Shown here: positions 26,941 to 38,036 of the stretch, in pieces
Layout: every line of letters begins with the position of its first letter
Numbering within the stretch: the stretch's first letter is position 1
NCBI GenBank assembly: GCA_963575745.1
Contig: CAUYUJ010000133.1
Location: 1 to 64,000, forward strand
DNA length: 64,000 nucleotides
Direction of reading: 5' to 3'
Source of the DNA: Prorocentrum cordatum
Taxonomy: Eukaryota
Notes under the pieces: generated by a model
The model's database searches: none
Seen by the model: only the letters and a program-made list of their open reading frames with translations
What the model was told of the DNA's origin: nothing
Position numbers and translations under genes: made by a program

Positions 26941-27105
26941 ACATAAACATAAACTTGTGGCGCTCCGAGCGGATTTCTTGGATCTGCGCTGGACCCCCCC
27001 TCCCTGGCGCGCGGAGCGCGCCAGGGGCAGCGCCGGAGCCGCCGCCAGGGGGTCCCAGCGCAGATCCAAGAAAGCCGCGCGGCGCCACAAAAGTTTGTGT
27101 TTATG
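26941..27105. mobile_element. Hairpin MITE family H; other copies ~1394-1470, 19115-19270, 26021-26190, 30255-30370, 62709-62904
   Basis: Inverted arms CATAAAC...GCTCCGAGCGGATTTC / GAAA.CCGCGCGG...GTTTATG around CCCTCCCTGGCGCGCGGAGCGCG. Confidence 0.7.
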
Positions 27106-27711
27106 ACGTTTTCTCCTCTTCGATCTTCTTCGTCCTCCACATCCGTCCTGGGACCATTGCCCTGGTTCGGGGGGGGTTGGGGCAAAGATAAGGGTTGGAA
27201 GGAAAATCGCTCCGGACGGCCCCTGGAAGAAGGAAACGCGCCAAGCGAGAGCATCCAGCTGGGCCCGCTCCCTGGCCCAACCTGGGGACAGTCCTCCCCT
27301 CGACGAGCCCCCGACTGGTGAGGCGACCTCTGCGCCACCCGGAGACTTAGCAGCAGCACGCCCTTCGATTCTGAGAAAAATCCGGGCGCGCTTGTCCCAG
27401 CTCTGCGGCCCTCGGGGGCCGCTGCCGGGCCGCGGGGCGATCCAAGAGACAGATCCGGATCGGAAATTCTCAAGGCTTAGGTCGGGCATGTACCCCTACA
27501 GAGCAAAGTCAAACATGCTCCAAAAATACATGGAATACTGGAAAAAACGCCCCCTGACTATTTTGTAACTATTATTGAACATCCCTCCTGTAGAGGGACA
27601 TGCCCGACTCAACTCAAGGAGCGGGGGCGACGAGCCCGGAGCTCCGAGGCTCTCCAGAAGTCCCCAGGGGCTTTTAGAGCACCCATCACGAGGCCCAGAG
27701 GCCCTCAGAGG

Positions 27712-27724
27712 TCCTCCTCCTCCT

Positions 27725-27758
<34 letters not shown>

Positions 27759-28049
27759 CTCCTCCTCCTCCTCCTCCTCCTCCTCCTCCTCCTCCCCCTC
27801 CCCCTCCCCCTCCTCCTCCTCCTCCTCCTCCTCCTCCTCCTCCTCCTCCTCCTCCTCCTCCTCCTCTCCTCCTTCCTCCTCCTCCTCCTCCTCCTCCTCC
27901 TCCTCCTCCTCCTCCTCCTCCTCCTCCTCCTCCTCCTCCTCCTCCTCCTCCTCCTCCTCCTCCTCCTCCTCCGCCTCCTCCTCCTCCTCCTCCTCCTCCT
28001 CCTCCTCCTCCTCCTCCTCCTCCTCCTCCTCCTCCTCCTCCTCCTCCTC

Positions 28050-28075
<26 letters not shown>
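27712..28075. repeat. (CCT)n microsatellite
   Basis: Direct reading. Confidence 0.95.
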
Positions 28076-28081
<6 letters not shown>

Positions 28082-28490
28082 TTACATCGAGGCAGACACG
28101 TGTTTTCGGGCCCTTGCGAGTCGGCACTCTGCGAGTAGTGAGTAGTGGAACGCGCTCGGTGATACTTAGAAGGCGGCGGGACTTCCCAGAGGCCCTCGCG
28201 CCTTCTGAGAGTTTGTTTTCTGCGTCTTCGAGGGCTCCGAACACTTCTCGGGAGAGTGGGGGGCTTCCGAGCCTTCTGAGAAGGCCTGCTCCGTCTCATT
28301 TCCCCGCCTCGCTCGCCGCCAAGACATGTTTTTTACCTAACAGCGAAGACTGATAGGTTTCTAGTGGGGTCAAAAGAGAGCATCTTGACGCCCCAGGGGG
28401 GTCTGGGCGGGATCCGGACAAAACCAGACAAAACCGGCAGCCCCAGGAATCCTTAGGAATCCTTGCGAATTCTTAGGAATCCTTAGGAAT

Positions 28491-29880
28491 CCATTCCCAG
28501 AACACCATTCCCAGGCCACATGTTGAATGCCCGGAGCCAACTGTAGGCCACTTCGTGTTCTTCGTGTTCCCAGAACACCATTCCCATGCCACAGTTTGAA
28601 TGCCCGGAGCCAACTGTAGGCCACTTTGTGTTCTTCGTGTTCCCAGAACACCATTCCCAGGCTACAGTTTAAATGCCCGGAGCCAACTGTAATCCACTTC
28701 GTGTTCTTCGTGTTCCCAGAACACCATTCCCAGGCCACATTTTGAATGTCCGGAGCCAACTGTAGGCCACTTCGTGTTCTTCGTGCTCCCCGAACACAAT
28801 TCCCAGGCCACATTTTGATTGCCCGGAGCCAGCTGTGAGGCTGGGGCTGAAGCAGGCTGAGGCTGAGGCAGGCTGAGACTGAGGCTGAGGCAGGCTGCGG
28901 CTGAGTCTGAGGCTGATGCAGGCTGAGGCTGAGAGGCTGACGCTGAGGCTGAGGCAGGCTGAGGCTGAGGCTGAGGCCGAGGCAGGCTGAGGCTGAGGCT
29001 TAGGCAAGCCGAGGCAGGCTGAGGCTGAGGCTGAAGCGGAGGCAGGCTGAGGCTGAAGCGGTGGCTGAGGCTGAGGCAAGCTGAAGCTGAGGCAGGCTGA
29101 GGCTGAGGCTGAGGCTGAGGCTGAGGCTGAGGCTGAGGCTGAGGCTGAGGCTGAGGCTGAGGCTGAGGCTGAGGCTGAGGCTGAGGCAGAGGCTGAGGCT
29201 GAGGCTGAGGCTGAGGCTGAGGCTGAGGCTGAGGCTGAGGCTGAGGCTGAGGCTGAGGCTGAAGCTGAGGCAGGCTGAGGCTGAGGCTGAGGCTGAGGCT
29301 GAAGCTGAGGCAGGCTGAGGCTGAGGCTGAGGCTGTGGCTGAGGCTGAGGCAAGCTGCGGCTGAGTCTGAGGCTGAGGCTGAGGCTGATGCAGGCTGAGG
29401 CTGAGAGGCTGACGCTGAGGCTGAGGCAGGCTGAGGCTGAGGCTGAGGCAGGCTGAGGCTGAGGCTGAGGCTTAGGCAAGCCGAGGCAGGCTGAGGCTGA
29501 GGCTGAAGCTGAGGCAGGCTGAGGCTGAGGCTGAGGCTGTGGCTGAGGCTGCGGCAAGCTGCGGCTGAGGCAGGCTGAGGCTGAGGCTGAGGCAGGCTGA
29601 GGCTGAGGCAGGCTGCGGCTGAGGCTGAGGCAGGCTGAGGCAGGCTGAGGCCGATGCAGGCTGAGGCTCAGGCCGAGGCAAGCCGAGGCAGGCTGAGGCT
29701 GAGGCTGAAGCTGAGGCAGGCTGCGGCTGAGGCTGAGGCTGTGGCTGAGGCTGAGGCAAGCTGCGGCTGAGTCTGAGGCTGAGGCTGGTGCAGGCTGAGG
29801 CTGAGGCAGGCTGAGGCTGAGGCTGAGACCGAGGCAGGCTGAGGCTGAGGCCGAGGCAAGCCGAGGCAGGCTGAGGCTGC
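28491..29880. repeat. ~72-bp tandem repeat (28491-28830) followed by (GCTGAG)n satellite (28835-29880)
   Basis: CCCAGAACACCATTCCCA..CCACA..TGAATGCCCGGAGCCAACTGTA repeated ~5 times, then the hexamer array. Confidence 0.95.
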
Positions 29881-32140
29881 GACTGCGAGAACAGCAGAAT
29901 TCTACAACTGGATTCTCACCTGAATCGTAAGGGGAATGCTTCCAGATATGCTTATACACATCGCTGTTAGGTTGCTTTGCCCGGATAATTCAATCGGGGC
30001 GGTTTTCCTCGCAGTCGGCCCTCGGGGGCCGTTTTCGGGCAGCGGGACCATCCAAAAACGGATCCAGAACGAAAAACTACTCCCCAGGGGTGGGGCAGGC
30101 CTTCTCAAGAGCTCTGCGGCCGCGCGGCACCTGCACCCGAGCAACAAAGGAGCGGAGCCGACGATACTTGGATCGATGCGGGGACGGCTGAGGGGATAGG
30201 GAAGAAGCGGATGCTGGAGTTTGTTCCTTTGTGTCCTGACCTAGCTTGTGAGCGTGGTGGTCCGAGAACTCCGCGCGGATTTGTACTGGATCTGCGCTGC
30301 ACCCCCCCCTCCCTGGCGCCGATCTAGAGAAAAGTCCGCGCGGAGCTTCGAGAAATGATGCTTTTTATGTCGTGTTCTGTACTTCGACAGAGCCACGGAA
30401 GGAGCGGGGGCGACGAACCCAGAGCTCCGAGGGTATTTTCTAAATGTTCTAAAAAAACAAAAAAAAAAAAAAAAAAAAAACAATCGGAGCGGTCTTCCTG
30501 GGTGTCGGCCCTCGGGGGCCAAGTTCGGAACACGGGGCCATCAAAAAACGGCTCCGGAACGAATTGCTACCCCCGGGGATGGGAAGCGAGGGGGGGCAGG
30601 CCTTCCCAAAGGCGGCGGGGCTTCTCAGAGGCCCCCCCCTGCTTTCTGAGGAGGGGCCCTCCTGCGGCTGCGGAGAGGGGCTTCAGAGAGCTGCTCGAAG
30701 GGCCAGAGGCCTTTCTGGGCCTTCTGAGAATCTCACCCTCCTGGTCGCGCCGCCGCGCCGGGGGGGTCGCGCCTTCCCCTCCGGTTGCGCCGCCGAGCCT
30801 GGGGATCGGAGGCGACGACAGGGGCGAATAGCCAAGGGGCGTGCGCTGCTCTGAAGGTCGGAAAGGGGTGTGGCAGAAAGGCGTGTGGTGCCAATGCTGA
30901 GCCTGGCGGTGCCACCCAACCTAGAGAGCATCTCCATTCCCACGATTGGCATCACACCCCTTTTGTGCCACACCCCGTCCCTGACTCCAGAACTGCACGT
31001 GCAGCAGTCGAGTTTGACTGGCAGGTTTGCTGGGAAGCCTCGCCGAAGACAGCAATGGGCCACTGGCGCCCCCGGGTACGTGCACTGCACTCTCTCTCTC
31101 TCTCTCTCTCTCTCTCCCGGATATTTCGCTCGCCCCCACCGTCGCCTCCGGGAGCCGTTGGGGCTCCTCCTCCTCCTCCTCCTCCGATTTGGCCGCGCGG
31201 TGGCTTCTTGCGCGCGCGTTGGAAGGGGGCGCGCTAGCGCGAGAGCGTGCGCGGGCAGCTTGCGCGCCAGTGCCCATGCAGTCGGCCCCGCCTGCTTTCA
31301 CTCGTCGATGGGCTGACGATTCCTGCTGTCCCTCGACTCGCGCTGGGGCGTCGACGGTGTGCTCCAGGTTGGCCTGGACGTCTCTACGTCTGCCCAGATG
31401 TGTCTGCATCTGCGTGTGCCTCGACTTCGCTGGATCCACCTCGACGCACCTCGATGCATCGAGCTTGATCCCCACAAGTCGATTGGAGACGAGTCGCCCA
31501 GCCCTTTGGACTCTGCCCCGCCCGCCTGGGGGTCGGGCGATCCGAGAGCGAAGCCCAGCAGCTTCGTGACGCAGCCGCACTCGTCCTCGCGGATCCCAAA
31601 CGATCGCGCGAAAATCCACGGCGGGCGCTCTCGCCCAATTCGGCGACGCGCAAGAGTGACCCTGGCTAAGAGTGACCTTTGGTGCTCGGCCTCTTGGGGG
31701 CCACGGGAGGGCCAGACACAAGCGCGCAAGACACCACTGCCGCTTCGCGTTCGGCGATCGGGGGACTCCAGTGGGCCCACACCGACGGTCACTCTGGCGA
31801 AGGGTCACTCTCACGTGCAGCTGACCAGTGCGTCGGGCTCTGGGACCCTCACGGGCCGATCCGCCTCGAGAGATGCTGCGGGGAGATGGGGTCGAGGCTC
31901 TACACGTTTCGGCTGCGTGCTTTGGCGATGTTCCGCGGCGTGGGATCTCGGGTCGGTCCGCGTCGCCCCAGCGTCGGGCTCTGGGACCCTCACGAGTCGA
32001 TGCATCTCGAAACATACCGCAGGGAGTTGGGGTCGAGGGCTCTGCATAGTGTTTGCTTATGTGCTTTGCGATCTTTAACAGCGTGGGATGGAGAGGGATC
32101 GGTCCGCGAAGCAGAAGTCGGACACCGCCCGGGGGTGGAC

Positions 32141-32284
32141 CTGGGCGATGCCTCCGAGGACCCTGCAGGCCGACAGGAGCACGTCCTCGGCCACGCCATG
32201 CACGGCGACCTTGGCCGTGATGAACCGCAGCACCGTCGGCAGGTGCTCCTGGGCCGCCGCGAGCGACGAGGTCTCTCGGAGCCC
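32141..32284 (-). CDS. Internal exon of an ARM/HEAT-repeat protein
   Basis: cag|GGG...CAG|gt, phase 0, 48 codons: GLRETSSLAAAQEHLPTVLRFITAKVAVHGVAEDVLLSACRVLGGIAQ. A plausible in-phase next exon starts at 31373 (ANLEHTVD..). Confidence 0.55.
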
Positions 32285-33164
32285 CTGGCACGCAGAAGAC
32301 ACCGATGCACCACCACCGTGACTGGACAGGGCCATCGAAGGCCCTGGCATGGTGTATACACCCTCCTGGCCGAGGCCAACAGCTCCTGCACTGCAACCTA
32401 CAACCCTGGGCGACACCTCAAAAGTTATTGACGCGCCCCTGCAAGGTCGTCCCCTTCACCCTATCGGTGTCGCCCCCGCCAAAATCGAAGCAGAGCGAAG
32501 CGCGGTCAGGACCGGCGCTAGTCGGAAAGTTTACGACGACCAACACTGGAGAGGAGGCACCAACAAGCACTTCGCACGCAATGCCACCCGTACCCAGAAC
32601 ATCAGATACACGGGCAATTTACGTCGCGCATGTTTGAGGCTCAGTATGTCGGAGGTAGTTTGTAGAGTTGCAACGGCAACATCCCGCTGGGAACGGACTA
32701 TGCAGGAAACCAGCTGAAATAGTCCGAGACGTGTACACCAGCATTGTGTGGAACAAATGCTGGAACATGTCAAGAGCAGCTCTGAAGTAGTAGTACACGT
32801 GAGTGCTGATGAGTTTTCCCGGGCAACAACGCGAGGCACATGTAGTGTGCCTCCGCCCCCGCGCACTTCGACTGGATTCGCGGAGCAGCGCTTCACCGTC
32901 TGGCGCGGCCACCTCCCCGAAGCACCTGGCCGTCAGCGAATGCAGCAGCAGTGCCAGGGCCCGGGAGGGACCTGGCCAGGCATCCGGGTGGTGCAGCTGT
33001 GCCTCCTGCGAACCTGGACGACGTCCGCGTACGCTGCCATCAGGGCGTCGGCCAGCTCGCGGCGCCTCTCGCGCGGGCGGGAGACACGCGGCTGGGAACT
33101 TCTGCTCAGCGTGTCGCGGCGGCGGCCCCAGCGACACGCTCTGCCTTGCCTGCGGGCATCGCCA

Positions 33165-33316
33165 GGTCGGGCATGTCCTCCTACAGGCGGATTCTGAAGG
33201 AAAATGCAAAGTAGTCAGAAAACTACTGACAAGACCCCCCCCCGAAAAAAAAACGCCCTCGTACGATTTGCTTGACTATTGTTAAGAAATCCTCCTGTAG
33301 AGGGACAGGCCCGACT
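33165..33316 (+). mobile_element. MITE family M1 (representative copy). Others at ~1886 (left end only), 7842-7997, 10479-10632, 19465-20283, 27480-27609, 34228-34363, 34443-38036, 39465-39557, 40682 (left end only), 57656-57836
   Basis: ~22-bp TIRs RGTCGGGCATGTCCCCCTACAGG ... CCTGTAGAGGGACAGGCCCGACT around an AT-rich core with AAAATCGTCCCC.GACT. Often flanked by TNA (TCA/TCA at 34228-34363), which suggests PIF/Harbinger (Tourist-like). Confidence 0.8.
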
Positions 33317-34065
33317 AGAGGACAACGTGCCTCTCCGCTTCGCGAGTGGGAGGCCGGACAATAAAAAAGCTTGGCCCGTGGACGCTCGGGGACGAAAAGC
33401 ACGTGGGGGCAGCGTGCCGCTCCAGGGCGTGCACAGGGCCAGGACCGGCGGGGCGACCTGCTGCCCAGCAGCTCCTGCCCGTGCCCACCAGGGGCGGCCA
33501 AGCGGGGGGCGTCCCAAGAGGGGCGGGGGGCGCAAAAGTCGTGGCCGGCGGCGCGTGCGCGGCCCGGGGGGTGGGGGGCCCGGGGACGCCTCGGAAGGAG
33601 CAGGAGCGCCATGAGGTCTGAGGAGACGTCATGGCCCCCGCCGCGAGATCCAAGGCCCCCCTGGCCATCGCCCCCTTCGTGGCGCCGCCCCCGAATCCAC
33701 ATCCCTCCTGCGGCGGCGCGCGGGGGGGGGTTCCCCCCGGCCTTCCGACCTCTCGGGAGCCTCTCGGCCTCCCGAGAGGCCTTCGGAGCATTCCCCGGAG
33801 ACAGAGAAACCTCCTCAGACGGCGCGAGGGCTTCTGAGAGAAGTCCCGCCGCCTTCTGAGAAGGCGAGAAGGCCTTCTCCCTCTCACGTCCCCCTCGCTC
33901 GCCGCCGAGCTGTGGGCAGCCACTCGCCATCGCTCGGACGTCCGACTCCCCGTGCATGTATCGGTTTCGTGCGTGCATGTGCTTCGCACAGGATGGCCCG
34001 AGAGATGCTCCTCGATGGCCCTCTCCGAGAAAACACACACACACACACACACGCACACACACACA

Positions 34066-34119
<54 letters not shown>

Positions 34120-34442
34120 CCGAGCGATGCCAGAAGCGCTCGCCGCCGAGCCGTGGACGGGCCTCCGTGGGCGAGCAGGTGGCACACGGGCCGCGAGGGC
34201 AGGGGCCGCCCGCTCTGGCCACTCTCAGGTCGGGCATGTCCTCCTACAGGCGGATGCTGGAAGGAATGCTCGAAGGTGATCAAAAAGCAATGGAGAGACC
34301 GCCCCCATGCTGCTGTTTGTGCTGATGTTTGAATATACCCCCTGCAGGGCGGAAGGCCCGACTTCAGGCCACTTACCCGGCCCCTCACGCTCTCCGACTA
34401 CGGACCGGTTGCGCACGGCAGGCTCGTGTGGCGATAACGTGA

Positions 34443-36147
34443 GGTCGGGCGTGTCCCCCTACAGGCGGATCTTGGACGGATACATCAAAAAATAATCCAA
34501 CTAATACTCCCAAATAGTCAAAAATACAACAACAACAACAATCATTTAAGACTGGGGACACTCCGTTCTCACCAGTGCCAGGGTTTTCATAGGAGGCGGG
34601 CAATACCCCCACTTTGTGGGGGGGCCGGTTCAAGCTCTACCAAATTTCCAAACGACTCTTCGCCACCACCCACACCCAGCTTCCCGCCCTATGACGTTCG
34701 GACACTTCACTTCGTGGCATGCGGACGACCGTGGCTACTATTCAGGGCCCCGCGGCCGACGACGACGGCGTGCGCGCGCGAAGAAAAAACGAATGTGTCC
34801 AATATGGTATTATTTGACAGGGATGATGGCCCTGGCATGCGCGCAACCGTTGTTGCAGAAGTTCGAAGCACGTGAAAAAGTTGCTCGCAAGAGCCCGTTT
34901 GACAGAAATGTTGAAAAAAATATTGGGTTTCCTCAGAAATCCGCAAGAGCGCGCAAGATGAATTTTGATTTTTTTTTTTGAAAAACCATTGGGTTTTTCA
35001 TGTTTTTATGTTAAAATCGCTACGAAAACTAAGGTTTTGGAAGGATTTCATCTTGCGCGCGCGAGTGTGCACTTCGTGTCATTTTTTGCAAGGGATTCTT
35101 GAAGTTTGGTTATGTTAGAACAAGAAATTTCATTTTATAGTGTTTTTTGCAAGGGAAAGCGGGCGTCAACAAAACAACCGGATCCGGACACCCCGTTTTG
35201 CCTGAGACTTCCTCACGAAAATGATGAAAATGTGGCTGCGGCCTAGGCGCGGCGGGGGGGCGCGCACCAGGGGCCCCAACAATAATTATTCTTTAGAATA
35301 AATAATGTTCAATTATTTAGACTGGGGACACTCCGTTCTCACCAGTGCCAGGGTTTTCATAGGAGGCGGGCAATACCCCCACTTTGTGGGGGGGCCGGTT
35401 CAAGCTCTACCAAATTTCCAAACGACTCTTCGCCACCACCCACACCCAGCTTCCCGCCCTATGACGTTCGGACACTTCACTTCGTGGCCTGCGGACGACC
35501 TTGGCTACTACACTGGCGCATGGGTACAATGACTTGTTGTGGTAACATTTTGTGGAAGCTAGCTTAGTATACGACTTTTCCCCCTGCAATTGAAGATTTC
35601 GGCGTGCGCGCGCGAAGAAAAAACGAATGTGTCCCATATGGTATTATTTGACAGGGATGATGGCCCTGGCAGGCGCGCAACCTTTGTTGCAGAAGTTCGA
35701 AGCACGTGAAAAAGTTGCTCGCAAGAGCCCGTTTGACAGAAATGTTGAAAAAGTATTGGGTTTCCTAAGAAATCCGCAAGAGCGCGCGGGGTGAATTTTT
35801 GAAACCCTTTTTTTGAAAAACCATTGGGTTTTTCATGTTTTTATGTGAAAATCGCTACGAAGACTAAGGTTTTGGAAGGATTTCGTCTTGCGCGCGCGAA
35901 TGTGCACTTCGTGTCATTTTTTGCAAGGGATTCTTGAAGTTTGGTCATGTTAGAACAAGAAATGTCCACTTTGCCTTATTTTTTGCAAGGGAAAACCGAT
36001 CGTAACAACACAACCGGATCCGGACACCCCGTTTTGCCTGAGACTTCCTCACGAAAATGATGAAAATGTGGCTGCGGCCTAGGCGCGGCGGGGGGGGCGC
36101 GCACCAGGGGCCCCAACAATAATTATTCTTTAGAATTAATAATGTTC

Positions 36148-36189
<42 letters not shown>

Positions 36190-38036
36190 TACTAGCACGT
36201 GGGGACACTCCGTTCTCACCAGTGCCAGGGTTTTCATAGGAGGCGGGCAATACCCCCACTTTGTGGGGGGGCCGGTTCAAGCTCTACCAAATTTCCAAAC
36301 GACTCTTCGCCACCACCCACACCCAGCTTCCCGCCCTATGACGTTCGGACACTTCACTTCGTGGCATGCGGACGACCGTGGCTACTATTCAGGGCCCCGC
36401 GGCCGACGACGACGGCGTGCGCGCGCGAAGAAAAAACGAATGTGTCCCGCATGGTATTATTTGACAGGGATGATGGCCCTGGCAGGTGCGCAACCGTTGT
36501 TGCAGAAGTTCGAAAAAGTTGCTCGCAAAAGCCCGTTTGACAGAAATGTTTAAAAAGTGTTGGGTTTCCTACGAATCCGCAAGAGCGCGCGGGATGAAAG
36601 TTTGACAATTTGTTTTTGAAAAACCATTGTTTTTTATGTTTTTATGTTAAAATCGCTACGAAAACTAAGGTTTTGGAAGGATTTCGTCTTGCGCGCGCGA
36701 ATGTCCACTTTACCTTTTTTTTGCAAGGGATTCTTGAAGTTTGGTTATGTTAGAACAAGAAATGTCCACTTTAGCTTATTTTTTGCAAGGGAAAGCGGGG
36801 GACAACAAAACAACCGGATCTGGTACACATCGTTTTGCCTGAGGCTTCCTCACGAAAATGATGAAAACGTGGCTGCGGCCTAGGCGCGGCGGGGGGGGCG
36901 CGCACCAGGGGTCCCAACAATAATTATGCTTAAGAAGAAATAATGTTCAACAACAACAACAACAACAGCAACAACAACAACAACAACAACCATTTTAAGG
37001 CTGTGCGCTCTTACTTGCCCGCGAGTCATTCAACACGTATACCCTACACCCTCGATGCCCGCCCTCTTCGTCTTCGATCACACCCCTTTCGGGGGGATTA
37101 TTTCTCTTTGCTGGGGCCGGCGGGCTTAGACGTACGGGCAAACCGGAACGGGCGGACAATCCTTCGGGGGCGTACATCTCTCTGCCCGCCATTGGAATTG
37201 GCGCGGGCCCTGCAAGAGGAGGAGGGGAAGAACGAGGGAGAGTGGGAGGAAGGGGAGGGGGAAGGACGAAGGAAGAGGGAAGATACCACGTTGTGAAGGC
37301 GTCCTTGGCGCGTGCGTGGTTCCTGAGCGCCGAAACGCAATTCCAGAATAATTTGTGAGGACGTCGCACGCGAGAGCGCAGTCCTGAGTACATTGTGAAA
37401 AAATCTCAGGCGGAAGCGGGGGCCCTGACTAAGTTGCGAGGAAGTCTCAAGCGGGAGCGCCGTTCCTGAGCAAATTGCACGGAAGTCTCAGGCGGGAGCG
37501 GGGGTCCTCACTAAATTGCGAGGAAGTCTCAGGCGGGAGCGCCGTTCCTGAGTCAATTGCGCGAAATGTCAGGCAGGAGCGGGGGTCCTGAGTAAAATTC
37601 GAAGAAGTCTCAAGCGGGAGCGCCGTTCCCACGTAAATTGCACGGAAGTCTCAGGCGGGAGCGGGGGTCTTGATTACATTGCGAGGAAGTCTCAGACGGG
37701 AGCGCCTTTCCTGAGTAAATTGCGCGGAAGTCTCAGGCGGGAGCGGGGGTCCTGAGTAAAAACGAGGAAGTCTCATGCGGGAGCCGTTGTTGTTGTAGCC
37801 CGGGGGGCAGGGGCACAGTTTGAGCAGGAAGACTTTCCTTTAGAAAAAACAAGGTGCGAACCCCGGGGGTGGCACTTCAATTGAAAAAAATCAATGTGCA
37901 CCGGTGGGGTGGGATCAACAATAATTATTCTTCCAGAATGAGAGTTCAACAACAACAACAACAACAACAACAATCGTCCCCAGAGCATGTTTTAACTATT
38001 TTTTAATTCTCCTCCTGTAGAGGGACGTGCCCGACT
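34443..38036 (+). mobile_element. M1 MITE split by a ~3.4-kb nested array inserted at (CAA)n
   Basis: Left half 34443-~34540 and right half ~37970-38036 (AATCGTCCCC...GCCCGACT) flank three family-B units and one family-A unit. Confidence 0.75.
34543..36949 (+). repeat. Three tandem ~750-830-bp units (family B)
   Basis: Units start GGGGACACTCCGTTCTCACCAG (~34553, 35324, 36201) and end CAACAATAATTAT.CTT.AGAA..AATAATGTTCAA. They are highly similar to each other. Confidence 0.9.

Noticed and set aside
32420..32850. Possible LINE 3' remnants (also 7530-7830)
   Set aside because: Only vague peptide resemblance and no RT or endonuclease motif.
34543..36949. Tandem units as an snRNA, 5S or SL-RNA gene cluster
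   Set aside because: No DinoSL, U-snRNA or 5S signature recognised in the unit.
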